Part shown: in pieces, positions 1 to 12,834 of the stretch
Layout: every line of letters begins with the position of its first letter
How positions within the stretch are numbered: the first letter of the stretch is position 1
From: the human T2T-CHM13v2.0 reference genome, Homo sapiens
Reading direction: 5' to 3' (one strand)
Assembly (NCBI RefSeq): GCF_009914755.1
Contig: NC_060931.1
Length of the DNA stretch: 64,000 nucleotides
Program-made: the position numbers and the translations under genes
Notes under the pieces: model-generated
Database searches by the model: none
Seen by the model: only the letters and a program-made list of their open reading frames with translations
What the model was told of the DNA's origin: nothing

Positions 1-1160
1 GACTGTCGCCACACGCCTCTGTGTACATGTGTGCAGAGCAGACAGGCTACAAAGCAGAGATCGACAGACAGCCAGGTAGTTGGAACTTTCTGTTCCCTAT
101 GGAGAGGCTTCCCTACACAGGGCCTGCTATTGCAGAATGAAGCCATTTAGAGGGTGAAGGAGAAATACCCATGTTACTTCTCTGAGTTTTAGTTGGTCTT
201 TCCATCTATCACTGCATTATCTTGCTCATTCTTCAGTTCTCTACTCCCTCTTGTCAGTGTAGACACAGGTCACCATTATGCTGGTGTATGTTTATCAAAG
301 AGCACTTGAGCTGTCTGAAGCCCAAAGCCTGAGGACAGAAAGACCCTGATGCAGGTCAGCCCATGGAGGCAGATGCCCTTGCTGGGCCTGGGGGTTTTCC
401 AAGCCCTCAGCTGGTCCTGACCAGGATGGAGCAAGCTCTTCCCTTGCTCATGAGCTCCTGATCAGAGGCATTTGAGCAGCTGAATAACCTGCACAGGCTT
501 GCTGTATGACCCCTGGCCACAGCCTTCCCTCTGCATTGACCTGGAGGGGAGAGGTCAGCCTTGACCTAATGAGGTAGCTATAGTTGCAGCCCAAGGACAG
601 TTCAGAGATCAGGATCAGCTTTGAAGGCTGGATTCTATCTACATAAGTCCTTTCAATTCCACCAGGGCCAGAGCAGCTCCACCACTGTGCACTTAGCCAT
701 GATGGCAACAGAAACCAAGAGACACAATTACGCAGGTATTTAGAAGCAGAGGGACAACCAGAAGGCCCTTAACTATCACCAGTGCATCACATCTGCACAC
801 TCTCTTCTCCATTCCCTAGCAGGAACTTCTAGCTCATTTAACAGATAAAGAAACTGAGGCCCACGGTTTCAGCTAGACAATGATTTGGCCAGGCCTAGTA
901 ACCAAGGCCCTGTCTCTGGCTACTCCCTGGACCACGAGGCTGATTCCTCTCATTTCCAGCTTCTCAGTTTCTGCCTGGGCAATGGCCAGGGGCCAGGAGT
1001 GGGGAGAGTTGTGATGGAGGGGAGAGGGGTCACACCCACCCCCTGCCTGGTTCTAGGCTGCTGCACACCAAGGCCCTGCATCTGTCTGCTCTGCATATAT
1101 GTCTCTTTGGAGTTGGAATTTCATTATATGTTAAGAAAATAAAGGAAAATGACTTGTAAG
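1..1160 (+). other. AQP1: 3' UTR (terminal exon, partial) of aquaporin-1
   Basis: Non-coding sequence ending in AATAAA (1138-1143) with a downstream U/GU-rich tract (1181-1203). AQP1 is the known same-strand upstream neighbour of GHRHR. No coding sequence is in the window and the 3' end is approximate. Confidence 0.85.
1138..1143 (+). terminator. AQP1: Polyadenylation signal of AQP1
   Basis: Canonical AATAAA followed about 40 nt later by TTTTTCTTCTTTTGATGCTGTGT. Confidence 0.8.
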
Positions 1161-2439
1161 GTCCTTCAGGCTTCCTGTAGTTTTTCTTCTTTTGATGCTG
1201 TGTCCCCACAAATGTTTCTGGATTACTCCACAAGGAAATCAGGCCACTGCTAGAGACCCAGTCTGAGGAGGAGCCACTGCCTCCCCTTCTGCCTTCAAGA
1301 CCCCTGATCTCAGGCAATGGATACAGCCACACCACAGAACCCCATCTGAGGGACACAGGGTCCTGCCCCTAGTAGGAGACTTCCAGAGCCCAGTGGGATG
1401 ACTTTGGAGACCTGGGGGCAGGGAAAAGGGGCAGGCTTCTGATCAGTTTAAATGGACCGATGGGAGCCATTTCTGATTCCGGAGTATGGAAGGGATGGGG
1501 GAAAGCAGGGCTGAAGTCTAACAGCCCCCTCATCCCCTCTACCCTCCACAGAGCAGGGCCCAGGGAACACTAGGGATTGCTCCACCTTCCTCCCTCCCTC
1601 CACTCACATTTGCAACCCATCTGACCTGGGCTGGGCGTCTCATGGGAGACAGACTCACTCATCAGAGCCCAGTGCAGTTAGGGCTACTTCAGGCTGAGAC
1701 TGGGACCCTGGCTCCTGACCCTCCCGACGTGCACACACACTTAGTAGTGCCTGATAATAGGGAACAGGTATCACCACGGCAGTGGGCTGAGGCAGGAAAT
1801 AGTGTATGGACAGGTCCTGGGGCCCCAGCACTGCTCCTGGGAGACACATGGTTCCTGTCCCCTCTGTGGAATGCCTGGCTGATGGTGATATAAGGGGGGC
1901 TGGGTCTCAGGGAGCCAGGGGCTAGGCATCCGCAATGAAGACTGAGGCCATGTTGATGGAACAGGGTTTCTAATTTAAGTGTGCCCTGGGTCACTAGGCT
2001 GTCTAAGTCCCTGCAAATCAGTGCATCACATCTGCACACTCTTTTCCGTTCCCTTGCAAGAACTTCTAGCCCATTTAATAGATAAGGAAGCTTATCTCCC
2101 AGCTTAAGAGGGGCATATAAATGGCAGAGTGCCAGCCAAGCTATGGGAATTGGGTATGGGCCAGCCCGCTGCATCCCAGGCCTGCCTGTGAGGGTGTGCC
2201 GAGGCTATCTCTCACAGCCCTTCTCAGCTTGTCTCCTTAATTTGTCCCATTCTTCTTGGCCTGAAGCCCTCCCAATCACCACTATGGGCCCAGCCACGCC
2301 ACCTCAACTCCTACTCATTCACTTCTACCCCCACCCCCATTTCACCCCCGCTCCATGGCACAGCCTTCTTTAGTGTATTGCTTAGATATGACTTTTAGAA
2401 TCCTAGAGCCACGAGGCAGGGCCTGAATAAGCCATTAGG

Positions 2440-2665
2440 GAACTGGTATTTCTTGAGCACTTACCATGTGTGAAGAATCTCTCTGAGATTTTGCATACAT
2501 TCGCTCTAATCTTTACAACATCCTTAGAAGGTAGAGATACGTGTCCCCATTTGTAGAAGACGCCAGGGCCCCTGAAGATGAAATGATTTGCCGTAGGCCA
2601 CACAGCAGGTTGGTGGCAGAATTGGGATTTGAACCTATTCTGCTTGGCTTCAAAGATCAGGCTCT
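2440..2665 (-). mobile_element. MIR SINE
   Basis: MIR core motifs (ttgagcacttaccatgtg...cccatttgtaga...ggccacacagc...gggatttgaacc); boundaries approximate. Confidence 0.7.
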
Positions 2666-4757
2666 TTGCACGATGTGGTCTGGGCCGGTTTTGTCATGAT
2701 TCCTGCTAAGTTAAGCTCTGGGCTAGCCAGGAAGCCGGACTGCATGAAGAAGGCAGCCACTCCTGCAGAGTGGGCATGGGGAGGGGGAAGGGAGGAGAAG
2801 GGCCAGCCACAGAGCCATCTGGCATCTGGAGAAGCCTGTTCATTCCAGGGCTAACTGGACGTGGTGTCACCCAAACCTCCCTGCTGCCTTCCACGGCCTG
2901 ACTCTCCCCCTCCTTGGGAGGAAAGTGTCTGAGGACCATGTTCACCCAGCAGAATACCTGAGAAGGGGAAGGGCAATGCTGCACCATGAGGGATAATAAT
3001 GCACTAAGACAGGCCCTCAGCTACCCATCAGGCCAGGGGGCAACAGCTTTGGGCTAAAGGGATCCTAGACTCCTCCTCACCTTCCAGCCTGTGGGTTTAG
3101 TGCTCCAGGCACCCCATCTCTTTGGGGCTACCCCTGACTCTGATCTTCTCATCTTCTATACAGCCCAACACAGGGAGAGGTTTGAGGAAATAACAGATGA
3201 AGTGGTGCTCCTTGGGCAGCTGAGACCTTGTCTGTTTGTTCATCAGACTTTAATGGAGGTAGTAAATTTCCTGAAAACTCCCAGGATTCAATCTTTTTCC
3301 TCAGGCTGTTGAACATTCAGGCAACTGCACATGTGATGTGACTTGGTGAGGGGCACCTGTCACGCATCTCTGACTGGGTCCCTGATGAGACCAGACAACA
3401 GGTCACTATCTCCATCAGACACCCTCCTGGCCCTCCCCTTGAGACTTGCACACGGAATGGCTCAGCTGGCTTGGAAGGTCATGCCCTCTGCACCTGGCCC
3501 AGAAGGAAGCAGGATGTAATCCAGCAGCCACTGAATCCTAGAATATTTGTCTTTCCATTAAATTCACAAGAGCAAAAAGTTACGGTTCTGCAATTGCTCC
3601 ATTTATTCTGAGGCCCCCTAGGAACCCTAGGAAGATCAGGTCAGCCAGAGCCCAGCAGTGAATGTTCACTTCAGCCACACATATTTATGATCTCAAGCAT
3701 CGGATCAACCTCTTCTGGGTTTCTAAACATTCAGGAGTCTGAGATCCTTACAGATCCATATTTTCTTTTTGACATTTCACTTTCTCCTCCAGAATCAAGG
3801 GGATTCATCTTTCCTGGCCCTGGAGGGGTGTTGAGAGGTTATAGGGAGAAGACTTGATTTCTGAAATACCGTGGACTAGGATTCATCCACTGGTCAGAGA
3901 TGTGGTGAAGCTTCAGCGGGGTTAGTGGCCCATAGCCCTGGCCCTGCTCCCAGCACCGTCATCCATCTCAAAGCTCCTGTGGGCTCCGAGGGCCCAAATG
4001 GAAGGGTGTGGGTGGCTCAAGGCCACTTGACCACAAGGACCACGGCACTCTTGGGGGATGCGGTAGGTGCAAGGAGGGTTCTCTCTCTTTCGGGATTCTT
4101 AGGCGGTCCTCAGTATCCCTGGAACCCAAGCCAGGAGTCTGGAAAAGCACTGGAGGAACTGGTGCCGGGGCCCCCACCCATGGCGTGGCCAGGCCATGTG
4201 CTGGCCCATTGGGATTTTTCCATCGCTCCTGTAGGTCATGCCTTCACTGGTCAGAAGCCTGTCTAGGAGGGGACAGTGATTAATGTTTCATGGAGGAACT
4301 GCTGGGCATGACACCTTGTTTTCTTTAGGTTTAGAATACAATGAGGACGATGAGTGGAATTTGCTGCTGAGCTGGGGGCCAGGATGGGGCCATTCTTGGG
4401 GGCCCAAAGACCCAAAGGTAGTGATGTTTACTGTCCTTACTGCCAAAAAGGGGGCGATTGTGTAGGTAGGGAAGGCAGGTGAAGCCCGTGCTTACAGGGG
4501 TGTCTTCCCTAGCCCTCAAGAGCCCACTAGTCCCCACTGATACCTTGGGCCCTGGTGTGCAGAGAGACCTATGGCAAAGGGTATCCAGCAATTTTAATGA
4601 GCTCATCCTGCTTAGGTGATTCTGCTTCATTCCAATAAAGCCATGTTCTCTGCATGTAGGATTTTGCTTATTTTTCTGTTCTTTCCAGCGCATCAATCTG
4701 GAACTGGGTGAGAGCACAACTGATCTTCAGCCGTACGGGCTAGTACAGATTCACCTG

Positions 4758-5057
<300 letters not shown>

Positions 5058-5428
5058 CACCTGCTCTTAAAATATTAAAATATTTTCATCTGTTTTGAGC
5101 TATCCAAGTAACATCCTCCCATCCCTGCTCTCTGGCCTTCCTAGCTTCCCGGCCTCTCTCTATTCTCCCCCAGACCTCCCCACAATCCAGCACTCAATGT
5201 GTTAAGGGGGCCCCTCGGACCCTGTCCAGTACTAAAGTTGTGGGATAGTTCTGATGGATTGGTGTCCCCACAATACCAGGATGGTATATGTTTTACACAT
5301 CAACCCTGGGTGGGAAGCAGTAAGAGGTGTCTATCCAGCAAGGTCCAAGTTAGAAAAAAAGTGTGTGTATGTGCATGTGTGTGTGTGTCAGCAGATTGGG
5401 GCACATAGTCCAAGGCTGGAGTCCAAGG

Positions 5429-5688
5429 CTCCTGCCCTCTCTGGTCCTCAGTCTCCCCACCCGTAAGGAGAGTGGGTGAAGTCGTCCCTTCTCTGTGATG
5501 TCTGTGGTGTCCCAGTCCCTCCCTGACCTGGAGGTGGTGCTTTGCTTCATCTGGAATGCCCAGGGAGTGAGGCCAGGTGGGACAGTGACAGTGCATGTGT
5601 GGGGTGCAGCTGGGACCTGGGGGGCATCTTTCCCCCAGGATGCTCCCATTGTGCTCTGACGGCTCTGCTCCCTCTGTGCCTTGAGTTA
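5429..5688 (+). repeat. Local dispersed duplication, copy A (paralogous to 12582-12834)
   Basis: About 92% identity by manual alignment (21 substitutions, 2 indels). Confidence 0.95.
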
Positions 5689-6284
5689 TGTGGAACTCAA
5701 GAGACGTGTTCTTCCTAACAGATGTCACCACCAGCTACTAGACTCAGTTTGCCTAGAGCCAGCATGCTCTCCAGGTAGAATATTGATTTGAGAAGGCTGG
5801 CCTGGCTTGTGTTCATTAAGGGTGAATTGGCATACATTTCTCAATAAGCTTAAGTAGGTAAGTAGATATATAATTTGTAGAAGAGTATTATCCTTTCTCC
5901 CTCTGAAATAGTAATATGAGGGAAGCTGATTCAACAAAAGAGTCCAATCCAAAAAAAGCAAATCAGAGAATCAGTACAGATGAAAAAGTTCTTAAGGATT
6001 GAAGCTTACAATTCACAGCAGTCTTGAACACTCTGAAAGGGGTCAAAGTGTCCCTGGTGCCTTATTTCATATGAGTGTTTTTTTTTTAAACTTAGCTTAT
6101 ATTTTTCATAATGCAACTTAAATAGATGTAATAACTTATGCCTTTAAGGAACTCAAATAGGAAACCAAAACAAATCAAACCAATGAAAGTAAGAAAATTT
6201 ATTTTAATCATGTACGTGTAAAGTTGATGGCTGGGGGTGGTGCTTATGGCACACAGGGTGTTAATATATTTGGAATATCACTTT

Positions 6285-6286
<2 letters not shown>

Positions 6287-6317
<31 letters not shown>
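6287..6317. repeat. (GT)15 microsatellite
   Basis: Perfect dinucleotide run. Confidence 0.95.
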
Positions 6318-6318
<1 letters not shown>

Positions 6319-7312
6319 ACGTGCATAGGAGGTTCAGTTCTTCGGAGAGTCATGTCAGGCCTGTCAGCAGGAATGCCCACGCTGCATCTGTGCACGTCTG
6401 CGAGCTGCCTGTGGGCCCAGCTGCAGGGTCTTCTGGACTGTGTCAGGCTACTGCCTGCCGGGGATGACAGGATTCATGTGGACTCCAAGGAAACCTTTAA
6501 ATCTAGCTGTTGAACAATATGAGGGCATCTTATCCAGACCCAGTCGCAGAATAGAGGCACATTGCCGAGTTCTGGGCAGCTGATGTTGTTTTTTCCTGCT
6601 GGGAAGAGCAAGTTCCTGGGGGTCTGGTGGGAGGCTGGGCTCCCCTTCCTCACTTGCCAAACCAGGCTGTCAGGACCAATGCTCTCATCCATCTTCTTTG
6701 CCAGATCCAACGTCTAACCTTGGACTGATTATACACAAAATATTTTTTTGGGTCAGTGAACATTTTTTTTTCAATAAGAAATGTATAATAAATTCGAAAT
6801 GTGATAAGAATGTCAGTAACCTTTGTATTCATTGATCACATTTCCTCAGCTGACATTCCTTGTGAAGTCAGGCACTGGGAGGTGAATTCCATATTTAAGA
6901 CGGCATAGCGTGGCCAGAGCTAGTTTCATGTCCCAGTGAAATCATTGACAGAGACAGGTTGTGGAGGCTGGTCACAGGGGATGTGGCCCCATAGTTCCAA
7001 CAGGCCACCTTGCGCGTGCCAATGCCAAGTGCATGCCAACGCCAAGCACGTGCCGCAGCTCTGAAATACACCTCAGGGTGCCCTTTCCTAGCGTTCTGTG
7101 CTTTCACCCTGTGTCTGGGTCTCAGCAGCGAGGAGATGGACTCAGGGATCTCCTCGCCCTCCCTATGCCTGTACCTTTTTCTGTCCTGCCTTGCTTTCCC
7201 CCCCTCTCTCCCATCTGTGTCTCTGCAGACCTAAAGAGGAGTCTCCATTCCAGGCCCTGCGGGAGGATTTCTGGGCCCTTGGGTGGGAGTGACTCCTCTG
7301 CTAAACTGTTCG

Positions 7313-7409
7313 TGAAGTTCCCTGGAACTGGTGAGCCGCTACCGCGCCTGGATTGTAGCTGAAGTTCCCTGGAACTGGTGAGCCGCTACCGCGCCTGGAT
7401 TGTAGCTGA
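7313..7409. repeat. Perfect tandem duplication, 47-bp unit x2
   Basis: TGAAGTTCCCTGGAACTGGTGAGCCGCTACCGCGCCTGGATTGTAGC starts at 7313 and at 7360. Confidence 0.97.
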
Positions 7410-10400
7410 CGGGCCTGTGGCAGCTTCCATCCGAGACGAACTCCAAGAATTTCCGCTGCTGGCAGTGACCTCCAGGGCTGGGAGGAACAGCTGCATCTGC
7501 CTCCAGGAATGTGAGGTCTGAGACGCCATGCCCAGGAATGCCTCCATGGGCTTGCAGTTTCGATTCCAGAAAATTCAGAGGGTTCCAGACCCCTGCCCCT
7601 TTCCTTCTTTCTCCCTAAGTGTGAAGCTACCCAGGCCGCCCTCGGGGAGATTTTTCTGGAGGGAAATATCCTGGAGAGTTGGATTTGAAACACCTTAGCA
7701 GCCAGAGGGACTTTACCAATAGGTGCCACCCATGCTCCTGGCTAAGGCCTGAGTGGAGTGGCTTGGGGAAGTCACCTGCCCTCTGTGGTCCTCGCCCCGT
7801 GAGGGTCCCAGCTCTTGGAGCTATTGACTGATTTTCACGGGTGGCGAGGTAAGTTTGGAAACCACATCACCCTCTTGGAGCCTCACCATTCGAGTCAGCA
7901 GAGCAGAGGCTCTGACAAGTTCTTCAATAAGAACTCATTTTATTTAAGCAAGCGTTTACCAAACTTGTTTGTCCACATAACCTTCTTTCGGAAGTGACAT
8001 GGATTACCATTTCAGACAACTGGATTTCTACAAAACACCCATTGTAAATGCTGGCCTGGGTGTTTTCTCTGAGGGCCCCTTAGCTTTCAGATTGCCCTGT
8101 ATAAAGCCTCAGGGTGGCTTAGTCTATCAAAACCTCTCCTGAGGGCAGGTGTGAGAGAAGAAGGAGGAAAGTGAGGTTTAGAGTTCCCAGTGATAGTGCT
8201 GGTGAGGTAGTGGGGAGAGGGGGCAGGTATGGGGTGTGCCAGAGAGACAGAGAGAAGCAGGGAGAAAGAGAAGGAGAGAGGAAGAGATTGTGACCCTCCC
8301 ACGCTCTCCCTCCAGGCCCATCACTGATTAATCCCTGTGCTGCCCTGCTGGGGTAGCTTGTACAGGAGCCAGCAGCTTCTCCTGGGGGAGAAGGTCCCCA
8401 GGAACGAAGCCTCCATGAATCATTGACTGTCCTTCTATTGTGCTGGAACCAGCTGGGGCTGGTGTCCGTGCCAAGCTCCTGGAGCTGTGGGCAAAGGTGG
8501 TGCAGGCTGGGGGTGAGCCCAGGCAGAGCTACGGCCTCATCCAGACGCTTCCAAAATAGGCCAATCCCAGCCCATCTGGATGGGCTCTGCACACCGAGAC
8601 TCCCTTGCTCCCGAGCCACTGCAGCCAGTGGAAGTAGAGTGAGCACTGGGCTAGGAGTCAGGGCCCAGAGTTCCAGGCTCCCCTCTGCTACTGACTCACC
8701 ATGGCACCTCGAAGGAGCCCCTTCTCCTTTCTCGGCCTCAGTGTCCCCATGTAGACATGGGGATTGAATTTGAGAGTCCTGAAAGACACTCCCGGCAGTC
8801 TACGTGTTGGCCCTGGAGCCTTATTATTGAGACCCCAGCTGATATCCTGCAGCTCTGCCCTAAATCACACCTCACGGGCTCCACGCTTGCTCAGCTTCAC
8901 TATCAGGGACACACAGAGGGACGGGGGTCTGGGGACCTTTCTCAGAGGCTCCGGCATCCCAGCGACCAGCGTTAGGTGGGGCCACTGTGACGGTCCACTT
9001 GTAAAAGGGGTAGGCCTGAACTCACCCGAGGGGACCTGCTGCCCCTGCCGCTGCCTTGCTGTGTGACCCTGGGCAGCCTCTCCTTGTGCTGAGGCCCCCA
9101 TAACACAGCCCTGAGAGGAAGGCCTGAGGTGGCTGCTGTGTGCTCTCACTGTGGCGGGGCCTCTCTCTGGCCCTGCTGCAGGAGCCAAGAGCCAGTCCTG
9201 CCTGCCCGCCTGTGGGAGGAGGAAGCCCGTGCGACCCTCACAGGCCTGGCTCTCATTCCATACACTCTGGGGCTTATCCGGGTGGAAACATCACCCTGGC
9301 ACCTCAGCCCAACTCGTGGGGAAGCTGCCAGAGAGGCCCCTTTCCCGGGTCCTCCCAGGGGAACCATTTTCAAAGCTGAGAGCTTAGCACTCCCAGGGAG
9401 ACCGTCTTCAAAGCCCTGCCCACGTGCCCACACCGCCCCTACCCTCTGCTGCTGGATGCTAATCCTTCGGGGACCCCTGCAGGGCAGGTTCTGGGGCTTA
9501 ATGCATTGAGGAGGGAGTTAGGCTCCTTAGCAGGTGGGGCTGAGGCAGAAGCTTCCTGTTGGCGTGGTTGTCCTGGGACCGCCGTGTCTGCCTGTGGGGA
9601 TACTCGGGTTCATGATAAGAGAAAGCCAGATGAGAGCTGGAGGTGATGGGGTTTAACCAAAGCCCCGACACCTGCATCATCATAGAGCTGGGAACACTGA
9701 GGCCAGAGAGATGGGACCTGCCCCAAGTCACCTCTGGCCTCAGTCGCAGAGATGGGACTGGAGCTCTTTCTGCTGCCCTGAGCTAGCGTTGGCCCTCACC
9801 TCTGATTGCCTTTTACTGTGACCATTTCTCATTTCTGCTTTTCTCTGCCCATGGGGGACAGTCCTACACCATCCCTGCCAAGGCCTTTACAGCCCCCCAA
9901 ATGGTCCTAAGCACAGGCACGATCGCCAGCTCACCTGTCCTTGCTCTGAGCACCGCCATCCCTGCTGGCCTCTCTTCCACTGTGAGTCCCAGGAGACAGT
10001 TCCAGGGGCAAAGAAACATTCGCTGAACAAAGAAGAGGAGAAAACAGTGTTCAGGGGGCCCGGGCCTTGTAGGCTGGGCATTCTGGCCAGGCCAGGGGCA
10101 CTGGTTCCCCAGGTGCCTAGTGGAAGGCCTGTGGTGTAGGAGCAGAGGCCAGAGGAGCTGCTGGGGAGGAGGCTGGCCTGGGGGAGCTGAGCAAACTCAT
10201 GAGACTCAGAGCTCTGGGTGCCTGTGATTTCAGGATAGAGTCTGGGCTTTGGAGATCAGGGGTCCCTGACTTGGGTCAGAGGGGAGGCTAGAATCCTCAG
10301 CGTGGTCAGCGAGGGGGCAAAAGGAGCACCGTTTGCAAAGTCCCTGCCGTGTATTTGGCACCGCGCAGGAACTGCATTTCATGTTTACTGCTTGGCTTGA

Positions 10401-11689
10401 TACTCACAAATGAGCTGAGAGTTAGGGATTACTCATTCATTCATCCAAGAAATATTTATCAAGCTCTTACTATTTGTCAAGCACCATTCTGGGTGCTGGG
10501 TATTGAAGAAAACAGACAATGTTTGCATTTTATAGATGAAGAAACTCTAAATCAGAGAGGTTAGGCAAGCACCCAAAGTCACACAGCTGGAAAGGTCTGG
10601 GACTAAGTTCTTTGCCTTTGTCTATAATGGTTGGGCAGAAAGGCAGGGCGGTGGAGTAGAGAGGGCCCGATGGCCTTGCTATGTGAGCAAGAGCAAGTCA
10701 CTTCCCCTCCCTGGACCTGAATTTCCTCAGTAGATTTTGAGGCCTTTGGCCAAGCAGTCTGGAATAGCTCCTGTGGGCAAAAACTGAAATTAAAATTTTA
10801 CATGGGATAGCTACTGATTTTTGAGCATGTTCTGTGCATCAGATCGTGGAGTGTCTATGGGGAGCCATTGAAGGTTCCTGAGCAGGGGTCGGGGGAGCAT
10901 CCCTGAACTACTCTTGCCCTTGGGCCCTTCCCAGTTCTCCAGGACCTCTTGTCCTAGGGTTATCAGGGGAAGCAGCTGAAGCTTTGGACAAACAGTAGGG
11001 GCAGGCAGGGACACAGGGACATATGGTTTATAAATAAGGGAGCTGGGTGGGGCAGGGATGGATTGGGTGGGAAGGGTGACGGTTGAGCTGCAGGGAGAGG
11101 CCAGGAGAAGGCCTCAGGAGACGTACATCTGCTCCTGGTACTCACCACCCCCCATCACCCTGGGGGCAGCCCCCTCCTCTGATCAGAGCTGACTCAAGCA
11201 TCCCCTGTGTCCAGCCCCAGGCTCAGCATCTCTGAAGGGGGCACCAGGGGCCGGAGCTCTGGTCTAGCCCTCCAGGTCCTCCCAGAGGGTACCAGGGCTG
11301 CTTCCTCCATGAAGTCTTCCATGCTGAGTCCAGCTTATCTTGACCACACCAGTACACATCACCAAGCCACCCAGGTTTGTAAACAAAAGCACAGGATCAT
11401 CAGCCCTCGGTGCTCAGAGAAGAGGGGTCAGAAAAGAGGGAGGTTATTGCGGGGAGAGGAGCCTTGAAGAAAGGGTAGAGGCTGGGCAGTTGGAGGGGAG
11501 GGTGAGGGAGGGGAGGAATTTAACCTGGGGAAGGGGAGGGTTGGTGGGGGATTTTCTCTCCATCTCAGGCCCTGCCCCTCTTGCCTGTGATACGGTGGTT
11601 ACCTCCTTTCCTGCCTCTCCCAGTACACTTTAAATTTTTTATTTGATTAAAATAATAAAACGTTTGTTACTTATACAATAATACATGGA

Positions 11690-11920
11690 ACTTAGTAGAA
11701 TGGTTTAGACCAAGGGCTCTGGAATCAGGTTGCCTGGGTCAGAATCTGGGGCCAGATATCAGGCGTGTGAACTCCAACAAATCACTGGTGCCTCAGTTTC
11801 CTCATCTGGAAAATGACCCACTTCATGAGGTTGGTGTGAAGATTAAATGAGCTAATATACATAAAGTGATTATTAAAGGGCCTGGCCCATAGTAAGCGCT
11901 AAATAAGTATGAATTATTGG
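11690..11920 (+). mobile_element. MIR SINE
   Basis: gtgcctcagtttcctcatctggaaaatg...gaggttggtgtgaagattaaatgagctaat...cctggcccatagtaagcgctaaataa. Confidence 0.8.
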
Positions 11921-12581
11921 AGATGTAAATTATAATGTTTAATAACATAATAAACACTCATGATCCCAACACTCAATTCAGGAACTGGAACATTTCCAAA
12001 ATTTGCATCTAGCTTGTACGTCTCTCCCACTCCCCTAGCATCCCCTAAAGGTGTCTACTATCCTGAATTTTGTGTTTGTCATTCCTTTGCTTAAAAAGAA
12101 AACATTTGTATTCATGCCTGTACACCTAATCAATAATTTGTTCCTTGATTTTTGAGCTTTATAAAAATGGGAGCATACTGTAGGTAGCCTCTGGGCTGTC
12201 CACTCAATCTTCAGTTTCTGGGAGATGCATCAATGCTGTGCCTGTGGCAGTGGTTCATTGTTTTGGGGAACTCACCACCCTTGATTTCTTCCCGGCCACT
12301 GTTTCCCACTCCTGACCACAGGGAGAGCACAAAGCCCACTGTGTCTGCCCCAGCCTCCAGGCCCTCAAACTTCCTCTCCTGCAGCAGTCCAGCTGGCCCC
12401 TTCCTCAGCACTCTAGCCCTAGCTGTCTAGCTCTGTCCCTACCCAGACCTGGGGCCACATTTTTAGACACTGCCTCTTCTCCCATCTGTATGTTGCTCTG
12501 CAGGGAGTGACTGGCCAGGGGCACCAACCTGGGCCTGAGTCCTTGCTTTGCTTCTAATTGGCTGTGTGACCCTGGGTGGGC

Positions 12582-12834
12582 CTCCTGCCCTCTCTTGTCC
12601 TCAGTCTCCCCACCTGTAAGGAGAGTGGGTGAAGTGGTCCTTTCTCTGGAATGTCTGTGGTGTCCCAGTCCCTCCCTGGCCTGGAGGTGGTGCTTTGCCT
12701 CATCTGGAATGCCTGGGGAGTGGGGCCAGGTGGGACAGTGCATGTGTGGGGTGTAGCTGGGGCCTGGGAGGCACCTTTCCCCAGGATGCTCCCACCATGC
12801 TCTGGGGGCTCTGCTTCCTCTGTGCCTTGAGTTA
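12582..12834 (+). repeat. Local dispersed duplication, copy B (probable donor of 5429-5688)
   Basis: About 92% identical to 5429-5688; begins inside a MIR fragment that continues upstream only in this copy. Confidence 0.95.

Noticed and set aside
3140-3312. Strong acceptor-like site (ttctcatcttctatacag) downstream of AQP1
   Set aside because: No convincing exon or ORF support; such sites arise by chance
7313-7409. Palindromic repeat resembling a CRISPR array
   Set aside because: Only two directly adjacent identical units, no spacers, no cas genes, human DNA
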